A DNA stretch of 64,000 nt from Chiloscyllium plagiosum. Its lineage: Eukaryota. The notes below the pieces were generated by a model. That model was not told where the DNA came from. It saw only the letters and a list, made by a program, of their open reading frames with translations, and ran no database searches. This document shows, in pieces, positions 53,901 through 61,690 of this stretch (position 1 is the stretch's first letter; each line of letters opens with the position of its first letter). The stretch lies in the NCBI RefSeq assembly GCF_004010195.1, contig NC_057728.1:50730782-50794781 (forward strand), in the 5' to 3' direction. A program made the position numbers and the translations under genes.

Positions 53901-56900
53901 CACCTTCCCCTGCCACCGTAGGAATTACAAAACCTGCTCCCACACCTTACAAGGCCCCAAAGAACCCTTCCACCTCCACCAATGCTTCACCTGCTATTCC
54001 ATGCATGTCATTTACTGCATCCGTTGTTCCCGATGCAGTCTCCTCTACATTGGGGAGACAGGATGCCTACTCACAGAGCGCTTCAGAGAACATCTCCAGG
54101 ACACCTGCAGCAACCAACCCCACCCCCCGACCAAACACTTCAACTCCCCCTCCCACTCCACCTGCAGGCCCTGGGCCTCTCCATTGCCACTCCATAACCA
54201 CCCCCGATGCCTCTGCCTCAGGACCCTCCAACCTCAGGGCATCAATGTGGATTTCACCAGTTTCCTCATTTCCCCATCCCCCACCTTACCCAAGTTCCAA
54301 CCTGCCTGCTCCTCGGATGCTGCCTGATCTGCTGTGCTTTTCCAGCACCACACTCTCGACTCTAATCTCCAGCCTCTGCAGTCCTCCCTTTCGCCTCTCC
54401 CTTATGAGAACATTCTGCACCCTCTCTGAGACATCCTTGATCCTGGCACCAGGGAGACAACACACAATTCTGATTTTTCACTGCTGACCACAGAAACATC
54501 TGTCTGTGCCTTGGACTAGAGTCCCCTAACACAATCGATCTCATGGAACCCGTCGTATCCCTCATTACATTAGAGCCAGTTACAATACCAGAAAATTGGC
54601 TGTTTGTGCTACATTCCCCTGAGAATCCATCACCCCCTACATTTTCCAAAACAGCATACTTGTTTGAAATAGGGATAGCCACAGAAGACTCCTGCACTAC
54701 CTGCCTCCCTCTCTTACCTGTCTTGGAGTTAACCCATCTATGTGACTGTATCTGCAGCTTTCCCCTTCCTATAGTTGCCATCCAACATATCCCCTTGCTT
54801 TTGTAAATTCCAGCTGTCTCTCCAACTGATACATTTAATCTGATAGGATTCGCAACTAACAGCATTTATTGCAGTAATAATCCTCAGTAACCCGTAAACT
54901 CCCCCTAAACTCCCACATCCAACAAGAAGAACATATCACTCTACTAAGGGCCACTTTAGCTTCTTCCAACCTGCAGACCCAGAAAATAGCACTGTCTCAT
55001 TCCTCGACAAAACACTGCTCCAGGCTAACTTAATACTTACGGCTTATATTTTTAAGTTTAATCAAGAGACATATCACAATAAAACATATAATCAATAAAG
55101 AACCCATTCTACTCACTACTGCAGACTTAAGCAAGGCCACACTTAAAACTGTTCACATATCTATTTCTGTGCCGTGACCTCCCTCAAAAAGGTTCCTCCA
55201 AGATCAGTTGTGAATTTCACTGTTTGTTAATTTTCCCAGACACCCTCAGATATCCAGTGATACATGATATTCAACAGCAAGCTCAGCTTCCCTCCTTTGA
55301 AGAGGACACCCACACAAGATTCCTCCTGGCTTCTCAGAAGCTGCTACATACCAGAAATAACGGTGAACACAGGGTTAAGTGAGAGGGAGGGATTGAAGCA
55401 AATCCATATTGGTAGAGAAATGGTGTTGGAAACACTCTTGTGAATGAAGGTCAATCAATCCCCACGGCCTGATAATGTACATTACAGAGTACTTCAGGAA
55501 GTGATCCTCAAAGTGCATTGGTGCTCATTTTCAAGGTTCTTTAGACTCTGAAACATTCCTCCAGATCAGAGGGTTGCTATGTAACCCCATTATTTAAAAG
55601 CCCTTATTTAGGAATTAGAGGCAAAATAGGGAATTCTAGAGTAGTGAGTCAGTAATGAGGAAGATGTTAGAGTCTATCATCAAAGATTTTTTAACTGAGC
55701 ACTGAGAAAACAGAGGTAGAGTCAGACACGCTCATCCTGGATTTATAAAAGGGAAATCATGTTGACAAATCTACTAAGTTTCTTTGAGGATGTAACTAGT
55801 AGAATTGACCAGGCAATGTCAGTGCAGTATTTATTTATTTGGACTTTCAGAAGGTTTTTGACAAAGTCCCACAGAAGTGATCAATGTGTAAAACTAAAAC
55901 TCATTGGATTGGATTTGTGTATTGGATAGAAAATTGGTTAGCAGGCAGGAAACAAAAAGTAGGAATAAATGTACCTTTTTTTTGAAATGGCAGACAGTGA
56001 TGTGCTGCAGGGGTCCAGCCATTTACAATATACATTAATGATTTAGATGAGGGAATTAAATGGAATCTCTCAAAATTTACAGATGACGCAAACCTGGATG
56101 GAGAGATTTTGTAGTGGGAATTGGGCAAGTTGATTGAGTGGGCAAATGCAGGGATGAGGCAGTATAATGGACAGATGTTAGGGGTAGATTCTTTACTCAG
56201 CGAGTCGTGAGTTCATGGAATGCCCTGCCAGTAGCAGTGGTGGGATCTCCATCTTTATGGGCATTTAAACAGGCATTGGAGAGGCATATAGAGGATAGTG
56301 GACTAATGTAGGTTAGGTGGGCTTGGATCGGCGCAACATCGAGGGCCAAAGGGCCTGTACTGCGCTGTATTTTTCTATGTTCTATGTTCTATAATGTAGA
56401 TAGAAGTGAAGTTATCTACTTTGGTAACAAAAACAGGAAGGTAGATTGTTATTTGAATGGCTGTAAATTGAGAGAGGGGAGTGTTCAGCGAGGTCTGGGT
56501 GTCCTCGTGCACCAGTCCCTGAATGTAAGCATAGGTGCTACAGGCAGTAAAGAAGGTAAACTGTCTGATGGCCTTCATAGTGAGAGGGTTTGAGTACAGA
56601 AACAGGAAGGTTTGTTACAGTTGTACAGAACATTAGTAAGGTCAGACCCAGAATATTGTGCGCAGTTTTGGTCTCCTGATCTGAAGAACGATATTCTTAT
56701 GATAGAGGGAGTACAACGAAACTTCATTAAAGGAGATATTGAGTTGGTTAGGATTGCATTAACTGGAGTTTAGAAGAATGAAGTGTGATCTCAAAAGCCT
56801 ATAAAAGCCTAACAGAACTAGATGCAGGAAGGATGTTCCCAATGGTGGGGGAGTCCAGAAACAGGGGTCATAATTTAAGGATAAGTGGTAAATGGTTAGG

Positions 56901-59793
56901 AATGAAATGAGAAATTTCTTCATCCAGAGAGTGGTGAGCCATTGAAATTCATTACCACAGAAAGTGGTTGAGGCCAAAGCATTGTGTTTTCAGGAAGGAG
57001 TTGGGTATAGCTCTTGTTGCTAAAGGATCAAGAGATAGCGGGGGAGATGGGTGGGATTAGGATATTGGGCTAAATGATCAGCCACGATCACATTAAATTA
57101 TGGAGTAGGTTTGAGGGGTCGAATGGGCTACTCCTTCCCCTATCTTGTATGTGTCCCTGTTTCTGCTGTGGGCAGTCCGTCGCTCAGTGTTTAGCACTGC
57201 TGCCTCACAGCACTGGGGACCCGGGTTCAATTCCACTCTCGGGCGACTGTCTGTGGAGTTTTCACATTATCTGTGTGGATTTCTGCTGGGTGCTCTAGTT
57301 TCCTCCCACCGTCCAAAGATGCGCAGGTTAGGTGGATTGGCCATGGGAAATGCAAGGTTACAGAGATGGGGTGAGTCTGGGTGGGATACTGTCCGGACAG
57401 TCATTGTGGACTTGTTGGGCTGAATGGCCTATTTCCGCACTGTAGGGATTCTGTAAACGTCTTTGTTTCTACTCTGTTGACAATGCCACATGCTCCTCAA
57501 ATGGAATGAAAAGCAGTTTGACCCTTACAGGAATATCAACACCTAGCTTTCTGGAAACTAATGGGTAAGGAGACTGAGTTGGAAAGTGATGTGAGATGTT
57601 ACAGCCATAGTATAATCAAATGACACAGCAGGCTCAATGGGATGGATAAGCTATTTTTGTTCTGACATTCCAACCCGTCCTCACCTGATCTCTGAAGTAA
57701 CTAACTGAAGATGAAGAATCATCTCGACTGCTCTGTCTCCATGGATGCTGCCTGACCTGTTGTGATCTGTGGTATTTGTTGTTTTCATTACAGATTCCAG
57801 CATCTGCAGTAATTTTCTCCTGCTCTAATATTAACTGAATCTCATTCACTGCAACAGCTCATGCTAGTTGAGATCATCGATGCCTGTTCCTGATTAAACC
57901 GTGCATTTTAAATGTACTCTAATTTTAGCTTGAATTATGGACTCTAAGTGATTATTCACACCTCATGTTTGACTAAATGGCCCCCAATTAACTTTCATTC
58001 GAACCTGAAATGAAGGTGTTGCATCAGCCTATCTCCTGGCTCACATTACAGTTTGCACATTTAGCGAGTGATAATGAAGAGACAGAGCTGATGGCTGTAT
58101 CCGAGACCGAAGTTTCCACTCTATAGATACTATTATTCAGAATGACAACTCCCTGACGGTGCACATGAGGGAGACCATGTGTTACTGCTGCTGAACTCTG
58201 GCACTGGGCTGATTATGGCTGCCATTCACATTGAGTTCCTAGTTAAAGGACTTCTCCACTATCCCTCCTCCGTCACAGTTACTCATGACTCACACAAACT
58301 CATCCTTTCAATTAGTAAATCAAACAAAAGCTGTCCTTGTAAACTCAGAATGGACAAACATAGAATCTCTACAGGGAGAAAGAGAGGACTGCAGATGCTG
58401 GAGATCAGAGTTGAAAAGTGTGGTGTTGGAACATTTCAGCGGGTCGGGCAGCATCTGAGGAGCAGGAGAGCCAACATTTCTGGCATAAGCCCTTCATAAG
58501 ACCAAAATGTCAAATCTCCTGCTCCTCAGATGCTGCCTGACCTGCTGTGCTTTTCTAGTGCCACACTTTTCGACATAGAATCTCTACAATGTGGAAGCAG
58601 GACATGCAGCCTACATTGAGCCTCCAAAGAGCATCCCACTCTCTATCCTATCCCTGCATTTCCCATGGCTTATCCACCTAACCTACACATTTTTGCAAGG
58701 AAACCAGAGCATCTGGAGGAAGCCCACGCAGACAAGGGGAGAATGTGCAAACTCCACACAGACAGTCACCCAAGGGTGGAATCAAACCTGAGTCCCTGGT
58801 GCTGTGAGGCAGTAGTGCTAATCACTGAGCCACCATGTTACCCTTCTTGATTGGAGTTTATAACATCCTGATGGTCTTGACAAGATGGACGTGGAAAGGA
58901 TGCTTCCTGTCATGAGTGAGTCCAGAAACAGGAGACACTTTTAAAATTAGAAGTTGTCCTTTTCCAACAGAGATGAGGAGAAACTCTAATTTTAAAACAA
59001 TGTCTCCTGTTTCTGGACTCACTCATGACAGGAAACATCCTTTCCACGTCCATCTTGTCAAGACCATCAGGATGTTATAAACGCCAATGAAGAAGGGTAA
59101 CATGGTTTCCTTGGGAACTCTCTGCCTCATAAGGCGGTGTAAGAGGAGTCATTCAACATTTTATAATGGAGCTGGAGAGATTGTTTCTTTGGGAGTGGAG
59201 TCATGGGTTATTGGGGTAGATGGGAATGTGCAATTTGGAATGCAAACACATCTTAGAGGAGCAAATTACTGCAGATGCTGGAATTTGTACTGAAAACAAA
59301 AGCTGCTAGAGATCATAACAGGTCAGGCAGCTTCCATGGAGAGTCAGCAAGCTAACCTTTCAAGTCTAGATGACTCTTCATCAGAGCTGATGTAAAGTGT
59401 GGAGGGGGCAGCATTTATTCAGTGGTGGGGAGGGGGAGGGTGGAGTGCTAGGGGAGAAAAGGTGTTGATTGTTCGGATTAAGTGATCAGAATAGACGTTC
59501 CAATCACTTAATCTGATCTAATCTGAACTATCAACATGTTTTCTTCCCCAGCACTCTACACACACTACCCCCTAACTATGGCATAAATGATGTCCCCTCC
59601 ATACTTCATATCAGCTCTGATGAAGTCATCTAGACTTGAACTGTTAGCTTGCTCGCTATGGATGCTGCCTGACTCGCTGTGATCTCCAGCATTTGTTGTT
59701 TTCATTATAGAATGGTGGAGCAGACTTGAGGGGCCAAAGGATGTACTTCAACTTCTAATTTGTATGTTACTGACATGGAGAAATAAGCAAGTG

Positions 59794-59833
<40 letters not shown>

Positions 59834-60471
59834 CCTTTCTCTCTCTCTCTCTCCTCTCTCTCTCTCTTTCTTCCTTTCTCTCTCTCTCTTTCTTTCTCTC
59901 TCTCGCTCTCTCTCCTCTCTCTCTTCTCTCTCTCTCTCACTCATGTGGGGGTCAAAGATGGACACAAGCCGAGATTTTTCTCTGTTCAATTCTGATTGCT
60001 CATAAGGGTTACTTTATGACTTTATCTGCTCTAATTATTGTAAGTATTTTATTTATTAGTTTCCTTACCAGTAACTTCCTGATCTCCATTGCCCTTTCCT
60101 GTATCCCAATACAGAGCTGCCAGCATTGATAAGGTTTTGACCAGGATAAAATCAGTGAGTTCGCATGCTGTACGTTTCTGCATTTCAAAACATTAATCAT
60201 CTCTGCTCCCTTTCCAGTTATTTCTTCATATCTGTGAAGCAGCAATCACAGGACTGCAGTGGCATTGACTTATTATGAGATTCCTTGTTTATATTTTCTG
60301 AAAGTACAAAATCTTTTTGAACTTGCAGCCCACGTCTTCTCTGATACTCTGACAGACATTTATTTGATCTGTTTATTCAGACTTCTGAAGGAACTCGAAG
60401 ATAAGGAAAAGGAGAAGATTGTTGAGCTGTGTGAAGATTCTCCCAAACAGAAAACTTGCTGCTCAAAATAA
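948..60471 (+). CDS. CRACR2A: CRACR2A/EFCAB4B (Rab46)-like large Rab GTPase, 5'-partial, 15 coding exons in window
   Basis: The exons join in frame (1856 nt). The translation parallels human CRACR2A as I recall it: [104 protein letters not shown] and C-terminal CCSK. Orthology versus a paralogue (CRACR2B-long, RAB44) needs phylogeny or synteny. Confidence 0.8.
1210..1830 (+). mobile_element. degenerate CR1-type LINE 3' fragment
   Basis: Decayed RT C-terminus ([10 protein letters not shown]...) and CR1-type 3' tail. Confidence 0.75.
1935..2470 (-). mobile_element. degenerate CR1-type LINE 3' fragment
   Basis: Reverse-strand CR1 tail (aggaggaggccattcagccc...) followed by decayed ORF2 end. Confidence 0.65.
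2825..2944. repeat. (TG)n/(GA)n microsatellite
   Basis: Direct inspection. Confidence 0.9.
2981..3482 (-). mobile_element. CR1-type LINE 3' fragment
   Basis: Same family as 4101-4505, 29862-30420, 35147-35635 and 50807 onward. Confidence 0.85.
3845..3995 (+). mobile_element. DeuSINE (SacSINE1/AmnSINE-like) core fragment
   Basis: aaggctggcactccagtgcagtactgatggagtgctgtactgtcagaggtgc resembles the Deu-domain core as I recall it. Confidence 0.65.
4101..4505 (+). mobile_element. CR1-type LINE 3' fragment
   Basis: ORF 4237-4437 ([18 protein letters not shown]...FKKHLD) is the CR1 ORF2 C-terminus; tail ...ctctatgactct. Confidence 0.9.
5440..5650. repeat. degenerate ~45-50 bp tandem repeat
   Basis: The unit ggattgatacagggctattgagagag...gggattagttt recurs about four times. 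Confidence 0.5.
5720..6022 (+). mobile_element. CR1 RT internal fragment
   Basis: [10 protein letters not shown]...LTNLIQF...DFSKAFD motifs. Confidence 0.85.
6629..6782. mobile_element. palindromic non-autonomous PLE derivative
   Basis: Long internal inverted repeat; TSD ctgtgtgag(a/t)aaagt at 6614-6628 and 6783-6797. Confidence 0.8.
7170..7530 (-). mobile_element. HE1/V-SINE-type tRNA-derived SINE
   Basis: tRNA-like head (tggctcagtggttagcactgctgcctcacagc...ggttcgattcc), V-SINE-like core and CR1-like tail. Confidence 0.88.
9285..10008 (+). mobile_element. CR1-type LINE 3' fragment inserted into the PLE terminus
   Basis: ORF 9645-9890 ([16 protein letters not shown]) and tail ...ttcttatgttct. 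Confidence 0.88.
10721..10867 (+). CDS. CRACR2A: exon B ([49 protein letters not shown])
   Basis: Acceptor tttttcag, donor AG|gtttgt, 147 nt, phase 2-2. Confidence 0.92.
12275..13117 (+). mobile_element. Penelope-like element (Poseidon-type), 5'-truncated, spanning N gap 12577-12778
   Basis: RT motifs [10 protein letters not shown] and [16 protein letters not shown]-terminus [10 protein letters not shown], 3' hammerhead motif. Confidence 0.9.
13040..13079 (+). ncRNA. minimal type-I hammerhead ribozyme motif (weakened stems)
   Basis: CUGAGGA-U-GUCACCUagacAGGGAAC-GAAACGUC-UGC. Confidence 0.6.
14153..14243 (+). CDS. CRACR2A: exon C ([30 protein letters not shown])
   Basis: Acceptor tttgcag, donor AAA|gtaaga, conserved LYxEMEQQI motif. 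Confidence 0.93.
14377..14469 (+). CDS. CRACR2A: exon D ([31 protein letters not shown])
   Basis: Polypyrimidine tract with gtccag acceptor, donor AGG|gtaaac, phase 0-0. Confidence 0.88.
14728..15056 (-). mobile_element. HE1/V-SINE-type SINE
   Basis: Same family, (AATCT)n-type tail; inserted in an old CR1 fragment spanning about 14600-15330. Confidence 0.88.
16390..16512 (+). mobile_element. short PLE-terminus derivative
   Basis: Decayed hammerhead ctgctgaagggcttatgcctgaaatgtt; TSD tagatgcctatta at 16377-16389 and 16513-16525. Confidence 0.75.
16853..17026. mobile_element. Tc1/mariner-superfamily (Tigger/pogo-like) MITE
   Basis: 13 bp TIRs cagaacaacctca / tgaggttgttctg flanked by TA on both sides. 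Confidence 0.8.
17190..17365 (+). mobile_element. L2-type LINE 3' end
   Basis: caccatcaccttctcaagggcaatt...cccagccagcaacacccacattctgtgaa; this tail is shared with the SINE at 46911-47260. Confidence 0.55.
17720..18305 (-). mobile_element. CR1-type LINE 3' fragment
   Basis: ORFs 17797-18105 and 18102-18311 encode the CR1 ORF2 C-terminus. Confidence 0.88.
18527..18714 (+). CDS. CRACR2A: exon E, coiled coil ([16 protein letters not shown]...QQQEERE-M)
   Basis: Acceptor tctcag, donor AT|gtaagt, lies within ORF 18482-18718. Confidence 0.92.
19203..19506 (-). mobile_element. HE1/V-SINE-type SINE
   Basis: Family similarity to the other copies. Confidence 0.87.
19903..20242 (-). mobile_element. 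HE1/V-SINE-type SINE
   Basis: Family similarity; more diverged copy. Confidence 0.85.
20765..21418 (-). mobile_element. candidate solo LTR
   Basis: TGT...ACA termini, AATAAA on the minus strand near 20910, non-coding; TSD not clean. Confidence 0.45.
22479..22783 (-). mobile_element. HE1/V-SINE-type SINE
   Basis: Family similarity, (AATCT)n tail. Confidence 0.9.
23669..23740 (+). CDS. CRACR2A: exon F ([24 protein letters not shown])
   Basis: Acceptor tttcctcag, donor AG|gtaaga. Confidence 0.93.
24963..25017 (+). CDS. CRACR2A: exon G ([18 protein letters not shown])
   Basis: Acceptor ttctgcag, donor CAG|gtgagt, NKHLxxERD motif. Confidence 0.92.
25141..25456 (-). mobile_element. HE1/V-SINE-type SINE, young CpG-rich copy
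   Basis: Intact head ggcggcacggtggcacagtggttagc, CpGs retained, (AATCT)n tail. Confidence 0.92.
27475..28175 (-). mobile_element. Rex1/Babar-type LINE 3' fragment
   Basis: ORF 27684-28115 (VKLLGVNI...LSW...[16 protein letters not shown]...[18 protein letters not shown]) and a (TTCAA)n-like tail. Confidence 0.75.
28323..29058. mobile_element. Penelope-like element (Poseidon-type) with inverted 5' segment, spanning N gap 28697-28895
   Basis: Minus arm 28323-28578 ([10 protein letters not shown]), then plus arm with [14 protein letters not shown]...HYIGQTGR. Same family as 12275-13117. Confidence 0.9.
28949..28988 (+). ncRNA. minimal type-I hammerhead ribozyme motif (intact core)
   Basis: GCA-CUGAGGA-U-GUCACC cagaca GGGGAC-GAAACGUC-UGC. 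Stem I GCA/UGC, palindromic ACGU stem III, predicted cleavage after C28985. Confidence 0.75.
29186..29277 (+). CDS. CRACR2A: exon H, linker ([31 protein letters not shown])
   Basis: Acceptor tttcacag, donor AG|gtaata. Phase 0 to 2 exactly bridges exons G and I; sequence conservation is weak. Confidence 0.75.
29862..30420 (-). mobile_element. CR1-type LINE 3' fragment
   Basis: ORF 29941-30294. Confidence 0.9.
30440..30880 (+). mobile_element. old CR1-type LINE 3' fragment
   Basis: [15 protein letters not shown] motif and CR1 tail. Confidence 0.75.
31550..32553 (+). mobile_element. CR1-type LINE 3' fragment, interrupted
   Basis: ORF 32092-32304 and tail ...ctctatgactct. Confidence 0.88.
31629..31830. 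mobile_element. palindromic non-autonomous PLE derivative, young
   Basis: Near-perfect hairpin; perfect 15 bp TSD cttatacagttaatg at 31614-31628 and 31831-31845. Confidence 0.88.
32662..33004 (+). CDS. CRACR2A: exon I, linker (NGDDQEEH...[14 protein letters not shown]...[13 protein letters not shown])
   Basis: Acceptor tttttag, donor CCG|gtgagt, contains the CRACR2A-type RIISxEEDPLPQ motif. Confidence 0.9.
34953..35085 (+). CDS. CRACR2A: exon J, Rab G1/G2 ([45 protein letters not shown])
   Basis: Acceptor cttttcag, donor G|gtaggt, P-loop GxxxxGKS. Confidence 0.95.
35147..35635 (-). mobile_element. CR1-type LINE 3' fragment
   Basis: ORF 35227-35499; starts about 60 bp after exon J. Confidence 0.9.
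35930..37130 (-). mobile_element. decayed LTR-retrotransposon (Ty3/Gypsy-like) gag-protease fragment
   Basis: ORF 36411-36713 ends [16 protein letters not shown], resembling the retropepsin D-T-G-A motif. Boundaries are uncertain. Confidence 0.45.
37371..37576. mobile_element. palindromic PLE-terminus derivative
   Basis: ggggcaggatcataggacacagaatttata / tataaattctgtgtcctatgatcctgcccc inverted repeat, decayed hammerhead, terminus shared with 44210-44280. Confidence 0.75.
37784..38497. repeat. 34 bp minisatellite, about 20 units
   Basis: Unit gtaggtaggactggagtgtggtgtaggacagact; period 34 confirmed between 38271 and 38305. Confidence 0.92.
38703..38784 (+). CDS. CRACR2A: exon K, Rab G3 ([27 protein letters not shown])
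   Basis: Acceptor cttccag, donor CG|gtgagc, WDTAGQE motif. Confidence 0.96.
38918..39125 (+). mobile_element. DeuSINE (SacSINE1/AmnSINE-like)
   Basis: tRNA-like head gtagctcagtggtagc...gggttcaactcc, then Deu-like core aaggctgacactctggttcagtattgagagggtgcagcaatgttagaggt...gagatgttaaac. Confidence 0.65.
39687..39801 (+). CDS. CRACR2A: exon L ([38 protein letters not shown])
   Basis: Acceptor ttgcag, donor CAG|gttctg, Rab switch II and RabF motifs. Confidence 0.94.
40034..40350 (-). mobile_element. HE1/V-SINE-type SINE
   Basis: Family similarity. Confidence 0.87.
40487..40838 (+). mobile_element. HE1/V-SINE-type SINE
   Basis: Family similarity, tail ctaatctaatct. Confidence 0.87.
41050..42115 (+). 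mobile_element. old CR1-type LINE 3' fragment, interrupted by a PLE derivative
   Basis: Decayed ORF2 C-terminus and tail ...ttcttatgttct. Confidence 0.75.
41353..41663 (+). mobile_element. PLE 3'-terminus derivative with short inverted 5' arm and hammerhead motif (41547-41586)
   Basis: taggtttgcttgctgagctggaag / cttccagctcagcgagcaaaccta inverted repeat; CUGAUGA-U-GUUACC uaguag GGUGAC-GAAACAUC. Confidence 0.75.
42953..43054 (+). CDS. CRACR2A: exon M, Rab G4 ([34 protein letters not shown])
   Basis: Acceptor tttgcag, donor AAG|gtttgc, NKxD motif. Confidence 0.94.
43753..44280. mobile_element. two nested palindromic PLE-terminus derivatives
   Basis: Inner element 43881-44194 is flanked by tcaaata(a/t)acctg (43868-43880 and 44195-44207) inside a related outer hairpin. 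Confidence 0.8.
44109..44143 (+). ncRNA. minimal type-I hammerhead ribozyme motif (intact core)
   Basis: CAC-CUGAUGA-A-GGAG cagca CUCC-GAAAGCUA-GUG. The mirror copy at 43967-44001 (-) has GGAA in place of GAAA. Confidence 0.75.
44417..46908 (+). mobile_element. CR1-type LINE, 2.5 kb 5'-truncated ORF2
   Basis: ORFs 44585-45100, 45337-45561 and 46049-46309 (SKFADDTK), plus tail. Confidence 0.92.
45480..45796 (+). mobile_element. HE1/V-SINE-type SINE, young, inside CR1
   Basis: Intact head, (AATCT)n tail, short TSD aagtg. Confidence 0.92.
46911..47260 (+). mobile_element. tRNA-derived SINE with L2-like tail (second SINE family)
   Basis: Head ggtggcatagtggtt...ggtttaaatcc, tail aagggcatttagggatgg... 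Relatives at 6310-6392 joined to 10070-10295, 44281-44416 and 61065-61770 (-). Confidence 0.6.
47461..47537 (+). CDS. CRACR2A: exon N, Rab G5 ([26 protein letters not shown])
   Basis: Acceptor ttttaacag, donor AG|gtaagg, FYECSA motif. Confidence 0.95.
48318..48852 (+). mobile_element. CR1-type LINE 3' fragment
   Basis: ORF 48365-48610 ([14 protein letters not shown]), tail (TTCTATG)n. Confidence 0.9.
49525..49764 (+). mobile_element. candidate solo LTR
   Basis: Imperfect inverted termini TGGAGTAACT...AGTTATTTCA, TATA-like gatataaac near 49628, AATAAA at 49715-49720. Confidence 0.6.
49843..50140 (+). mobile_element. CR1-type LINE 3' fragment
   Basis: Family similarity. Confidence 0.85.
50460..50750. 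repeat. C/T-rich low-complexity tract
   Basis: Repeated ccctctgccc-like motifs. Confidence 0.7.
50807..55280 (-). mobile_element. near full-length degenerate CR1 LINE (ORF1 esterase-like region plus ORF2 APE/RT)
   Basis: ORF2 pieces 50885-52871 ([16 protein letters not shown]), endonuclease remnants near 53000-53400, ORF1 with IVLGDS (GDSL/SGNH-like) near 54530. Confidence 0.88.
53436..54395 (+). mobile_element. Penelope-like element (Neptune-type) inserted in CR1
   Basis: ORF 53617-54327 ([32 protein letters not shown]...[21 protein letters not shown]). It ends in the same terminus as the short palindromic elements. Confidence 0.88.
55360..57150 (+). mobile_element. old CR1-type LINE fragment with a younger CR1 3' end nested at about 56178-56390
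   Basis: Decayed [10 protein letters not shown] and SKFTDDA motifs; two tails. Confidence 0.75.
57170..57453 (+). mobile_element. HE1/V-SINE-type SINE
   Basis: Family similarity. Confidence 0.82.
58374..58572. mobile_element. palindromic non-autonomous PLE derivative
   Basis: 16 bp TSD acatagaatctctaca at 58358-58373 and 58573-58588. Confidence 0.85.
58575..58845 (-). mobile_element. HE1/V-SINE-type SINE
   Basis: Family similarity, internally deleted. Confidence 0.82.
59257..59705. mobile_element. ~450 bp palindromic PLE-terminus derivative (further family)
   Basis: Two ~200 bp imperfect inverted arms. Hammerhead-like motif at 59350-59388 (-): AGCU-CUGAUGA-A-GAGUC aucua GACUU-GAAAGGUU-AGCU. 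Confidence 0.8.
59794..59940. repeat. (CT)n compound microsatellite
   Basis: Direct inspection. Confidence 0.92.
60381..60471 (+). CDS. CRACR2A: terminal coding exon O ([29 protein letters not shown])
   Basis: Acceptor tttattcag, phase matches exon N, ends in a CCXX geranylgeranylation motif followed by TAA. Confidence 0.93.
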
Positions 60472-61348
60472 TGAGGAGCATTTGTCACATCCAATCACCA
60501 GAGGAGCCTTTGTGTTACCTGAGAGGAACACACTTTGTGCTATTTACATCTCACTGCAGGATATTGTAGAGAACATCTGAACGAGAAACACAAATTGAAT
60601 TTCAGTTGATGTGTCAGCTGGCAACTTGATCATTAGATCCTTCAGCTAATGTGATGCCATTTAAGAAATGTGCGGCTTGTTTGAGATTGGGGATTCTAAA
60701 CTCCTCCAGCAAATACAATGGGACCATTTAAACAGTAGCTGATGGTAAGTGACAAACTGGATGCAGTAGGAGTTTATAATTTAATCCAGTTATTGCACAA
60801 AGTGAAAGGAGCCTTGGAACTTTGAATTTGTATTTTGTCTGGTTGAGTCCTGTACCCCTTAAGTATCTGTCACAGCTTCTGTTTGTGTTGGAGAGTCTTG
60901 GAGACTAGGCTGAGAAATCTGTGAAATGTGTTAAATTCTATACATTCAGCTTCTGGAAATGCAAAGGAAAAACCCGGTGTTTTAGTATGAAGATAGAAGA
61001 AACTCAATAGCAGAGAGGGTATAACAAGCAAGCTTGGGAAAGATAATTGTTTTTTCATTCTCACATAGGATATGGGCACTGACAGCAAGGTCAGTATGTA
61101 TTGTCCTTTCCTGATTGCTTCTGGAACTAACAGCTTGTCGAGATTATTTGACAAGGTTACTCAAGCATTAATCACTTTGTCATAGATCTGGATCACATGT
61201 AGGCCAGACTGGGTAAGGATGACAGATTTTCTTCCCTAAAGGGCATTGGTGCCAGATGGTTTTTCAGGAAAACTGATGATCGTTTCACAGTCACCATCAT
61301 TGAGACTAGCTTTCAATTTTTGGATTTATGAATTCCACCAGTTTTTCA

Positions 61349-61690
61349 CAGAATCCCTACAGTGTGGAACAGGCTATTTGGCCCAACTAACATTGACCCT
61401 CCAAAGAGTATCCCACCCAGACCCATTCCCCTACTCAATTACTGTACAGTTCCCATAACTAATGCCCTTAACCTACACAACCCTGAACACTATGGGCAAT
61501 TTAACATGGCCAATTCACCTAAGCTGCACATCTGTTGGACTGTGGGAGGAAACCAGCGCACCCAGAGAAAAACCATGCAGACACATGGAGAACGTGCAAA
61601 CTCCACACAGTTATCTGAGGTTGGAATCGAACCCAGGTCCTTGATGCTGTGAGGCGTCAGTGCTAACCATGGAGCCACAGTGCTGTGCTG
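61349..61690 (-). mobile_element. HE1/V-SINE-type SINE
   Basis: Family similarity. Confidence 0.85.

Noticed and set aside
59705..60129. ER-rich and SL-rich ORFs
   Set aside because: They are translations of the (CT)n microsatellite.
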